Below, in pieces: positions 1-7,940 of a stretch of 25,996 nucleotides of DNA (its first letter is position 1; each line of letters begins with the position of its first letter). A model generated the notes under the pieces. That model did not search any database, was not told the DNA's origin, and saw only the letters and a program-made list of their open reading frames with translations. Source of the DNA: a virus (taxonomy: Duplodnaviria; Caudoviricetes); IMG/VR virus record IMGVR_UViG_3300025738_000011, positions 1 to 25,996 of that record; one strand, written 5' to 3'. The translations under genes were made by a program, and so were the position numbers.

Positions 1-177
1 AGTGTTTCTGAAAACAAACAGAATTTAAGTCACTAATAATCAGTGTATTACATGGCTATTTCGGTTTGGCAACAAAGTTAACGTAAAATGCTCATAATAT
101 AATATCAGCAATGATAAGAAAATATATCTAGTTACATCAACTATATAAAGCATCAATAAATCAAAGGAAATATCCAA

Positions 178-678
178 ATGAACACAACAAACAACAAAAA
201 TACAGCACATAATGAAGTGACAGTGATTGACAATATTGCGATGAAGAAGGAATCTACTGCGGACAAAGTCAAATACTACGAAAATGGTGGCTTACATCGC
301 GACGATGGAACTACTATAAAAGCAACTATGTATAGTAAATCAGGTAATCTAAAGACATCATCGTGGGTTTGCGATGAAGAAAAACAACACTGTGAAGTAA
401 CAACTTATAGTCATAATAAGTCTAGTGAACACGTAGTTTACTCCGTCGATGGGCAACGAGTGAGTGAAAAGTTTTATGAAGATGGGAAGCTTCATCGTGT
501 TGGTCAGCCTGCTTGTATTTTTTACAATGGCAATGGTGGCATTGACGAAGAACAGTGGTATAAAAATGGGAAGCTTCACCGCAATTCTAGCGCTGCTCAC
601 ATTGTATACGGTGAAAGTGGCAATATTGAGATCGAGCACTACTATGAGGACGGTGTTGATAAGACACCAAAAATCTAA
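178..678 (+). CDS. MORN-variant / YwqK-like repeat protein
   Basis: Repeated units YYENGGLHRDDG, FYEDGKLHRVGQPA, WYKNGKLHRNSSAA, YYEDG. RBS AAGGA upstream and terminator downstream. Confidence 0.75.
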   Translation: MNTTNNKNTAHNEVTVIDNIAMKKESTADKVKYYENGGLHRDDGTTIKATMYSKSGNLKTSSWVCDEEKQHCEVTTYSHNKSSEHVVYSVDGQRVSEKFYEDGKLHRVGQPACIFYNGNGGIDEEQWYKNGKLHRNSSAAHIVYGESGNIEIEHYYEDGVDKTPKI

Positions 679-708
679 AGCTGATTAGGAGCCTTTCAGG
701 CAAATGAT

Positions 709-743
709 AAAGCCGCTAACTTGAAAAAGTAGCGGTTTTTTTT
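709..743 (+). terminator. Intrinsic terminator between convergent genes
   Basis: Stem gccgcta/tagcggt followed by a long T run, directly after the MORN gene and abutting the stop of the convergent polymerase-like gene. Confidence 0.8.
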
Positions 744-2042
744 TTATCCAATTTTTATTTGAAATCCGAATTCAAGTTCAATGAGTTTTTCTAGCGTAGG
801 TTTGTCTAATTTCTGCTTAGTGAAAATAGCATCATGTAGCAGCAAACAATCATCTTGATTATCTAGCTCTTCGCGAATTAGTTGTATGATTTTGACTTCT
901 GTTTTTTGATACAACCAACAGAAGTATGTTGCTTTGTAAGTTCCTTTGAACTGACCTGCTTTAGTATGCTTCTCATCATATACATCACGTGAATTTTTAA
1001 ACTCTTCCATTTTTTCAGGATACAAGTTTGCTAGCTCATCTTTCAATATTTGTAGTTCATCGTTGAATGCTTTGAATAGTTTATGTTGCTTTACTTGGTT
1101 GATTATTTCTATTGATATTTCTTTAGCTATCCCTGATTTGAACGTAAGCGCTGAGCCAAAAGACTTATGTAGAAATACGGATTTTACATCTTCAATAGTA
1201 GCATCGGTGTTCTGCGCGATATCAGCTCTAAACTCTCTTACATTCTGAACATATTGTTGAATTGTTGGGTATAAGTTTTGGTCTTTAGCTAAGCCAAGTA
1301 GAATCGTATATGAAGCCGCTGAAAGGTCATATTCGATATAATCTGACATAACATAGTGTCGAATAGCTCGCGGTAAACGTTGTATTGATAAAGCACCAAC
1401 ACCATATAATCGGTCGGTCTTAGTACCTTTCTTATAGTACTGCGGAATTTTGTTATCGTGCGCTCTATATGATTCACGTAGCGCCCAAGCATATAAACGG
1501 TCTTTTGCGTTATGCGTATCTTCGACAATAAACTTTGATAAGTCATGACCAGTGATAGAGCAATAGCTTTTATCATCAAATTCAGTGGGAATATGTGTTG
1601 CCCACTTTGTAAGTTTTGTCACTGGTAAATCGGTGTCTAGAAGCGTTTCTAATAGGCGTAAAAACTTATCTGACAATGTGTATGCCATATTAGATTTACC
1701 TTGCGCATACGATCCTGTAGCGCTGAATGCTACACATTTATCATTGATTCGAGCGAATTTTCTATGATCGCCAAACAATTTTGTAAGCTCGTTTTGACCG
1801 CCTAAATCGTAAGTGTTAGACATGAAGTTATGCGTATTATTATCTGTTATACATGATGCGATAAGACGACAATAAACTTCGTGGTTTATATTCCACATCT
1901 TTAATGATGCGCGATTTGAAAACAATGATTCATTGAATAAATTCGATTTATTAGCAACGAGTAATTTGGTCAGTATTTCTGTTGGTAGGTTAGTTGAATC
2001 AACTTTTTTTCTTATATAAATAGTATTAGTGTTGTTACTCAT
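744..2042 (-). CDS. Stand-alone family-A-like polymerase domain protein (TV-Pol-like; candidate primase/replication initiator)
   Basis: Ordered motifs resembling PolA/T7-RNAP palm and fingers: TDRLYGVGALSIQRLPRAIR (cf. TGRLSS..PNLQNIP), motif A EYDLSAA, motif B-like DVKSVFLHKSFG, LYQKTE, motif C LLLHDAIF. No exonuclease domain. RBS AAGGAG upstream. Confidence 0.7.
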   Translation of the reverse strand: MSNNTNTIYIRKKVDSTNLPTEILTKLLVANKSNLFNESLFSNRASLKMWNINHEVYCRLIASCITDNNTHNFMSNTYDLGGQNELTKLFGDHRKFARINDKCVAFSATGSYAQGKSNMAYTLSDKFLRLLETLLDTDLPVTKLTKWATHIPTEFDDKSYCSITGHDLSKFIVEDTHNAKDRLYAWALRESYRAHDNKIPQYYKKGTKTDRLYGVGALSIQRLPRAIRHYVMSDYIEYDLSAASYTILLGLAKDQNLYPTIQQYVQNVREFRADIAQNTDATIEDVKSVFLHKSFGSALTFKSGIAKEISIEIINQVKQHKLFKAFNDELQILKDELANLYPEKMEEFKNSRDVYDEKHTKAGQFKGTYKATYFCWLYQKTEVKIIQLIREELDNQDDCLLLHDAIFTKQKLDKPTLEKLIELEFGFQIKIG

Positions 2043-2072
2043 TATTATATCTCCTTATATTTTGAGTAATTG

Positions 2073-2098
2073 AAGCCCAGTTGTCGCTGGGCTTTTTT
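2073..2098 (+). terminator. Hairpin with + strand U-tail, antisense to the flanking genes
   Basis: aagcccag-ttgtcg-ctgggctt followed by tttt. The T-tract is on the + strand although both neighbouring genes are on -. Confidence 0.7.
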
Positions 2099-2117
2099 GT
2101 GACTAGAATTTGTGTTT

Positions 2118-2294
2118 TTACTTGCGACGTAACAAAGTACTTATCGTGCGTTGTGGAATGCCAGTAGCAGCACCAATAGATGTTTGGCTGTAACCTTTCT
2201 CGTGTAGTTTACGAATAGTTTCGACTTGTTCATCTGTATAAAGTGATGGACGACCTTTGCCGCGTTTGTTGAGTTTGCTTGTATCGATTTCCAT
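2118..2294 (-). CDS. Small helix-turn-helix DNA-binding protein, 58 aa (Hin/resolvase-type HTH); not in ORF track
   Basis: Hand translation MEIDTSKLNKRGKGRPSLYTDEQVETIRKLHEKGYSQTSIGAATGIPQRTISTLLRRK*: GRP minor-groove arm plus HTH pattern. RBS AGGAAGGG upstream. Confidence 0.85.
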   Translation of the reverse strand: MEIDTSKLNKRGKGRPSLYTDEQVETIRKLHEKGYSQTSIGAATGIPQRTISTLLRRK

Positions 2295-2367
2295 TGTTGT
2301 ATCCCTTCCTTGGAATAGTATTTACTTATACTTTTATTTATTACTTTCAACTTAAATACGGCTGAAA

Positions 2368-2388
2368 TGGCACAAAAAACAAGTGCCA
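2368..2388. promoter_or_regulatory. Palindromic operator-like site TGGCAC-N9-GTGCCA
   Basis: Perfect 6-bp GC-rich dyad in an AT-rich intergenic region upstream of the HTH gene. Confidence 0.4.
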
Positions 2389-2483
2389 CGATATGACACT
2401 ACAATTTTAATGCTCTTATTGAATTAGTTGATTTGTTACAGAAGTATTTATTGATGAAATGTAATAACGAGGTGTAATGGCTT

Positions 2484-2621
2484 ATACTAATATTATAACA
2501 TTTTATATGTGATTCGTTAAAAATTAATGTGTTACAAATTACGAGGCGTGTTTATATTTCGGTGAGTCACTAGTTACTCGTTTATTGAATAAACAACTGC
2601 TAATACTAATATTATAACATT
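2484..2621 (-). promoter_or_regulatory. Two tandem leftward extended -10 promoters within a 19-bp direct repeat
   Basis: atactaatattataacatt at 2484-2502 and 2603-2621. On - it reads aaTGtTATAATattagtat, a perfect TGn-TATAAT pointing at the HTH/polymerase genes. Confidence 0.6.
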
Positions 2622-2666
2622 CTACATATGATAAGAATTAATAGAGAGGCACCAGCTAACGCTAGG

Positions 2667-2998
2667 CCTTGTTCTTATCGCTAGCTCAATCACAGATTTT
2701 CTTTCTTATTGATATTTCCAATGCTGTAACGCCCTTGCTAATCCAATACAACACTGTAGTTTATAATAGTATACTACACTTACCTTATTCGTTATGTTAA
2801 TCAATGGGTTATAGTTGTTTGTGGTTTTCAGAAGGAGATAATTAATAGACTGATCACTTCTAAGGTGTTGATTTATAAAGTAAATAGACCAAGTGTAGTA
2901 TACTATTATAAACTACTGTGTGTTTGTGGATTGACACAGCATTACAAGCAACTACTTAAAAAAGAAGATGTGACTTTGAGCTAGCGAAAGGAACAAGG
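2667..2998. repeat. Large degenerate inverted repeat with symmetric IHF-consensus sites (candidate origin)
   Basis: Perfect 26-bp IR 2756-2781 / 2891-2916. 21/23 IR 2667-2689 / 2976-2998. WATCAANNNNTTR matches at 2799-2811 (+) and 2861-2873 (-), each 17 nt inside the core. Confidence 0.9.
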
Positions 2999-3051
2999 AC
3001 AGGCGCAGCTTGCTCCTTTACATATCAATTAACATGTTAGTTAGCTCTATA

Positions 3052-3927
3052 TTACCTGTAGAAATTTAGATATTTAGACATCTTTCCGTCGAGAGCATCT
3101 ACTTCATTAATAATCGAGTTCATAGCCTCTTGACTATCTTCGCATGATTTTATGTTATTAACTTCGGTGCTTAATTTAAAAGCTTTGACTATAAATGATT
3201 TTTTGTTAATTTCTTCTAGGCTGCTATAAATTCCATCTTCGGGATGAAATAGAAATTTTGATGATTGTTTAGCTTCGATAAATTCTCTATGCGTTCCCTT
3301 TGCTAAGCCTGCTTCATCCATTAGCTCTTGGTGAAATTTCAATGTAATTGAATAAACTTCAAATCGCTTGTGATACAGTTCTAGTCTTAGTTTTTTTCTA
3401 TTTGTACTCATTTGTTGGTAAGCAATATAGCCAAGAAACAAAGCCATTATTATTGGTAGATATAGTTCTTTAAATTCAGATAAAAATTTGAACTCCATTA
3501 ATAGATTAACTTGTTGAAAGTAATTATACGCACTAGCAATAATAACAACTAATGACAATATTATATAAGGTAGATATAGCTTATAACCGCCAAACCAGAC
3601 AATACTTTTATTAGCTTTAAGCACATTGTTAATTTTTATACCTTGATATGTATTGCTATTAATTTCGTTTTCTATTTGTCGAGACCTAACCACAGCAGAT
3701 AAATAAGTTCGCCAATGATAACGAGCAACGGTGAAAAATCCAACAGTAGTTATTAGTCCACACAAAACATACACAGGTATAGAAAGATTGATGGATGAAT
3801 GGAATAGGCCAATTGTCAAAGCGGTAACCAAACCACATGCCCAACTAAAAACTTTGAAACATAATTCTTCCTGTGTCGTTATTATATCTTGAACAATTTT
3901 AAGTTCGTCCATCGCGTTTGAATTCAT
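3052..3927 (-). CDS. Hypothetical multi-pass membrane protein, probably a fusion of two genes
   Basis: N-terminal half with about 3 hydrophobic helices, then an internal MEFKFL... unit with one TM followed by YIAYQQ..NRKKLRLELY.KRFEVY. RBS AAGGA. Confidence 0.65.
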   Translation of the reverse strand: MNSNAMDELKIVQDIITTQEELCFKVFSWACGLVTALTIGLFHSSINLSIPVYVLCGLITTVGFFTVARYHWRTYLSAVVRSRQIENEINSNTYQGIKINNVLKANKSIVWFGGYKLYLPYIILSLVVIIASAYNYFQQVNLLMEFKFLSEFKELYLPIIMALFLGYIAYQQMSTNRKKLRLELYHKRFEVYSITLKFHQELMDEAGLAKGTHREFIEAKQSSKFLFHPEDGIYSSLEEINKKSFIVKAFKLSTEVNNIKSCEDSQEAMNSIINEVDALDGKMSKYLNFYR

Positions 3928-3990
3928 AATTTCCTTAGTCGTTGTATGTGGAATGGCTTATTAAAGGTGTTTTTCTAGTGAGAAATAGTG

Positions 3991-4206
3991 CTATCTGTGA
4001 CCCTTATACGATATGTCATCACTATAAATTCCTATATCTTTACGCATCTCAGATAAATAGGACAAAGCTTTCTCTCGAAACACTGAAAACGAATATTCAT
4101 CATTTTCTAAAGAGTCATACATATAGTCAATCATATCGCTAAAAGCATTGAAAACAGTATGCGGAGCAAATAAAGCTAATTGTGCTGTTATATGGTAAGC
4201 GCGCAA
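3991..4206 (-). pseudogene. C-terminal remnant of a hypothetical gene
   Basis: The TTG 'start' is immediately preceded by an in-frame TAG and has no RBS. The sequence is protein-like and ends EMRKDIGIYSDDISYKGHR. Confidence 0.5.
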
Positions 4207-4214
4207 CTAAGCAG

Positions 4215-4448
4215 TTACGCCAAGGCAGCAGCGTGACCAACGGCTTCTTGAATGATACTGACTAGATACTCTGGATTAACATCCTCACTTCTATAATGTT
4301 CATATCGATCAAAAGCTTCTAGGCATCGACCAGATGAATAAAGTAAAGAATGAATATAAAACGCTTCAACAGGTGGGTGAATACCTTCGCAATCGTTAGC
4401 AATTATTTTTGCTCTGTTATCAATTTCTTCGGTAGTAAAAGAGTTCAA
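4215..4448 (-). pseudogene. N-terminal portion of a hypothetical gene, probably truncated
   Basis: Strong RBS GGAGG with TTG start. The frame ends abruptly at QEAVGHAAALA*, 8 nt from the next fragment, which is in another frame. Confidence 0.5.
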
Positions 4449-4543
4449 TTTGTAGCCTCCGTAGAATCATAACTTGGATGTTTAGTTAGATGGTGCTTCA
4501 TTGATATAAAAATTAACTTAGCATAGACGTACTATAGTCATAT

Positions 4544-5215
4544 CTAAATGCCTAATTCTTCTTTAGATATTTTAAAGATATCATTCATTGCTGACTTCAT
4601 ATTCTCATTGATTCGACGATAATAAATATACTCATCTTCTTCATTTGAGCGAGACATCATCGCGCACTTTAATTTATGAATGACCTCGCCAACACTACAA
4701 TCCACATATATCGATTTAACTGTTATTAAGTCGATGATTTGAATGAAAGCTTGATCTGAATTACTTTCTAATTTCTGATGCGCCTTATGCTCTTCATTAT
4801 ATTTTTTTCGTCTTTCGTATTCTTGGAAATCTCGCTCCCATTCAGTTTGTAGCGCATCACGTAGATTTGAGTCCGCTTGATGATACGGATGAAAATTATG
4901 AATATATTCATAATTTTCATAGTCACTTACTTGATGATTTACAAATTTCTTTACATGGTATAAATGAGATAAGATCTCTTCATAGGCTTCTTGTTGTTTG
5001 AGCCATATTTGTTGATTGATCCAGCTTTTTTCAGTGAGGCTACTTTTGATACTTTCAACTAATTCAGTTGTATCTGATAACTGATTTTTTAAGTCTAAAA
5101 AGTCTTCTGTTTTGGCGTAGTTTTTACCTTTCGTCTTCAAATAGGAAGTGAGCCAAACCGCAAGGCCAGATAAAATTGCGACTATGATGTACGAACTAAT
5201 CTGAAATATGGTCAC
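4544..5215 (-). CDS. Hypothetical protein with N-terminal membrane anchor and helical cytoplasmic domain
   Basis: GTG start with AGGAG RBS. Hydrophobic ISSYIIVAILSGLAVWL followed by SYLKTKGKNYAKTED. Confidence 0.8.
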   Translation of the reverse strand: MTIFQISSYIIVAILSGLAVWLTSYLKTKGKNYAKTEDFLDLKNQLSDTTELVESIKSSLTEKSWINQQIWLKQQEAYEEILSHLYHVKKFVNHQVSDYENYEYIHNFHPYHQADSNLRDALQTEWERDFQEYERRKKYNEEHKAHQKLESNSDQAFIQIIDLITVKSIYVDCSVGEVIHKLKCAMMSRSNEEDEYIYYRRINENMKSAMNDIFKISKEELGI

Positions 5216-5297
5216 TAAATGCTCCTAAACAATATAATAAGAATGTGACGTTCTAATTATTAAATTTTTACTATATGCTTTACGAAAAAAACACTTA

Positions 5298-5795
5298 TTA
5301 AATGCTTTGTGCTGGTTTTAAATTCATCGTAATAGCTTTAACTTGGCTCAAGGTATAATAAATAGAGATATCACTACCGCCTAAAAATTCATGATATATT
5401 TCCAACACATATAGTCTCTGCTTATATTCAATTTCGATATATGGAGTATCGTAGATATTAAACGAGACGAAGTTCTTACCTTTTTCTAGAATTTCGAGAG
5501 TGTCCCCTTGACTAGAACGAGAAGACAATTTCAAATCGTTAAAGTTAACACCTCCAAATACCAATCTATTAAATTCTTTTTTAATAAATAAATTCCCATC
5601 TAAGACGGGAGTTTTTATTGTAGGAACTAAAATCTTAATGTTCTGTTGATCTAATCCTGTTTTAATATCAGCGGAACTAAATATATTAAGAGTAAAACTA
5701 GGTAGCTCATCGGGAAGATATTTTGTAGCAACTCCTGAAAATAAGACAGCCAAAATACTTCCGGTGACTGTGATTGCTTTTAGTATAGTTTTCAT
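5298..5795 (-). CDS. Hypothetical exported or membrane-anchored protein (165 aa)
   Basis: Start re-called to ATG at 5795 (MKTILKAITVTGSILAVLFSGVA), preceded by GAGGGG. Signal/anchor-like N-terminus. Confidence 0.65.
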   Translation of the reverse strand: MKTILKAITVTGSILAVLFSGVATKYLPDELPSFTLNIFSSADIKTGLDQQNIKILVPTIKTPVLDGNLFIKKEFNRLVFGGVNFNDLKLSSRSSQGDTLEILEKGKNFVSFNIYDTPYIEIEYKQRLYVLEIYHEFLGGSDISIYYTLSQVKAITMNLKPAQSI

Positions 5796-6267
5796 CGGAT
5801 TTAGCCCCTCTAAATTGGCAAAGTACTTGGTCATTTCCATCTTCGATTTGAAGATATTAATCTCAATAGCGTTTAAATTTGAACTTTTCTTCGTTATAAG
5901 GATTATTGTATGAATGATCAATACTGCTCAAAACTATTGTGTTCTTTGTCACATCGTAGATACATAGAAAAATCTACAACTTGCCGGTAATTATTCTTTG
6001 ATTGCCAGAATAAATTCAGTATATCAGCCTTAGCATTTTAGTGTTCTTTATAAAGCTAAATCTGTGTCACTGAGCTATCATCGTTAAATACATCCCAATA
6101 ATGTTCAATATTATTAATACAGGTTCAGCTAATCGCTCCAATGTTAGAAATAACACCAAATTTTTTATATAGAGAATCAAATGTTGTAGAATGAATATTT
6201 ACGTCAATTCCAAAAATAAAACCAACTGCGAGCAAGAAGAACACCAAAACCATATAATTCGATTGCT

Positions 6268-6990
6268 TTAGTCCCAGTTCCCTTGCTGTATTTCACAACT
6301 GCCACACAATAAACAATATTCTTCTAAAACTGATTTATTCGGTAATGCTTCTTCATAGTTAAAAAACCTGTGAATGAGTTGATTTTTATTTTCCCACTTA
6401 ATTATTTCAGAAACATCATCAACGAAATATCTTTCAGGTGTTAAGAGCTTAAATTTAAACTTATTTTCAATGAAGTTATGCTTTATTTCTTCAGATTGAT
6501 TTCCCGCCCACCATAATGGAATGGTAAGTCGATTTACTTCTTTTCGAGGGGTAGATTTATGAAGCCACATATCAGCTAAGATAATTAAGTAAACCTTATA
6601 ATTTATGGAGTCGTCAGACTTTTGAATTTTATCTAATAATTCAGAACGACTCTCGTATACTTTATAAACATCTTCAATCACCGCATTCATCTGAGCGCTT
6701 TTTAGTCTCTTTGCTTGTATCAAAAAAACTTCCGCAGTAGACGGAGAAACAACCACTCCATCCATTCTTTTACTCTTTCCATAAGGTGTCTCTAGACTAA
6801 CCGCTGACTTTACTTGTGTTTCACTCAAATCATCATCAATTATCTGCGATAAAGACTTACAAAAATAATATGTTTGATTTGCTTCATTCATCCCTCCGCC
6901 AGAGGCTACGGGATAGTGAGTTTTGAACAAACCGATATACTCAGAACAAGCTAAGTTAAATGCTTTTTTAATTGTAGTAAACGCTGACAC
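6268..6990 (-). CDS. Putative PD-(D/E)xK-fold nuclease
   Basis: Helix GMNEANQT, then LETPY..KRMDGVVV..EVFLIQAKRL (D...QxK, an Mrr-like variant). Start re-called to GTG 6990 after AAGGAA. Confidence 0.6.
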   Translation of the reverse strand: MSAFTTIKKAFNLACSEYIGLFKTHYPVASGGGMNEANQTYYFCKSLSQIIDDDLSETQVKSAVSLETPYGKSKRMDGVVVSPSTAEVFLIQAKRLKSAQMNAVIEDVYKVYESRSELLDKIQKSDDSINYKVYLIILADMWLHKSTPRKEVNRLTIPLWWAGNQSEEIKHNFIENKFKFKLLTPERYFVDDVSEIIKWENKNQLIHRFFNYEEALPNKSVLEEYCLLCGSCEIQQGNWD

Positions 6991-7082
6991 TGACACTTCC
7001 TTATGAAACATATAGATGCTATATAATTGGCTTTGAAATAATAATATTTTGTTGTGCGACAACTTACGATTGAGAATGAAAT

Positions 7083-7940
7083 TTATAGGAGTTTATTCAT
7101 ATTTATGTCGTAACCAGCTCTTTTAAGCTCGCTGGCTAGGCCTAATTGCCAACTATTTCCTCGGTCAAGTTCGATATATACAACCCCGCTGATATCGTTT
7201 GGCTTCTCTATATCCCTTTTAACTAGAGCGCAAACTTTATCCCTTCCTAATTTTGCTATCATGTAACCATGTTCAAATACAACGTTCTGTCTTGCTCTAG
7301 GTTTCAGTTCCTTGGACGACTTAACATTGCCATGATCATCTGGTGTGTATAAAATAATGCCAAAGCCAACATCAGAATATTCTTCAAGTTTCTCAATAAT
7401 TGTTTTACCAGCACTCGATTGCTCATGTAGGATTATAGCTTCAAGGCCTAATTTTTCGATAAAACGAGCAACTCTACTTTCTTCAAGTTCATCATGACCA
7501 TGAACAATGAAAACCTTGTTTAGAGGAGTTTCATTAATAACATTTCTAGTGGCTTCTAGTGACTCTTTTGAATTACTTTCAGAACCTAACTTTTGACTAA
7601 TCAGAACAAAGCGTTCTTTCTCTAACTCCGATATAATACATTCAATAAAATAAATTATTCTCTCCCCTTTTTGGTGGATAAATTCTTGAAGATCAGACTC
7701 GTATCTCCTATTCGGCAATACTCCAGAAACAGAAAATAAAGCACCATAAGCTGAAACTTCGGAAGGGAGCGCCAAACTAACAAAGTTTTGGAAGCGTTTA
7801 TTCCAGCGTGAAAAAGTTTGTTCTCCGTAAATTTTACCTGTGCTGTCGTAAGCATCACAAACTTCATCTATAAGCTCATCTCGAAATTTTGTTAATTCCT
7901 CTGAGACGGTTTTTATATTGCTAGATACAACTTCAATCAT
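7083..7940 (-). CDS. TIR-like domain protein (Cap12/Pycsar-effector-type TIR) with helical N-terminal domain
   Basis: Hallmark motifs KVFIVHGHD, IILHEQ...GKTIIEKLE, LYTPDD, PRARQNVVFEHGY, EKPNDISGVVY. RBS AAGGA. Confidence 0.92.
   Translation of the reverse strand: MIEVVSSNIKTVSEELTKFRDELIDEVCDAYDSTGKIYGEQTFSRWNKRFQNFVSLALPSEVSAYGALFSVSGVLPNRRYESDLQEFIHQKGERIIYFIECIISELEKERFVLISQKLGSESNSKESLEATRNVINETPLNKVFIVHGHDELEESRVARFIEKLGLEAIILHEQSSAGKTIIEKLEEYSDVGFGIILYTPDDHGNVKSSKELKPRARQNVVFEHGYMIAKLGRDKVCALVKRDIEKPNDISGVVYIELDRGNSWQLGLASELKRAGYDINMNKLL

Noticed and set aside
87-114. dif-like aatgctcataa (XerC arm)
   Set aside because: The XerD arm is absent.
2141-2389. 82-aa ORF from the track
   Set aside because: Overlaps in another frame the 58-aa HTH ORF, which has a clear RBS and domain pattern.
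2775-2802. dif/Xer site (ttatgttaatc resembles a XerD arm)
   Set aside because: No XerC-like arm at 6-bp spacing. The segment is better explained by the overlapping IHF consensus.
2756-2916. Protelomerase (telRL/tos) target
   Set aside because: Those sites are palindromic through the centre. Here the arms are separated by 109 nt, and no protelomerase is in the window.
5922-6267. Possible small membrane-peptide gene or remnant on - strand
   Set aside because: Short hydrophobic frames interrupted by stops and with no clear RBS.
3000-7100. Integron attC sites or CRISPR repeats between cargo genes
   Set aside because: No repeated spacer sequence or complete R''-L''-L'-R' structure could be found by eye.
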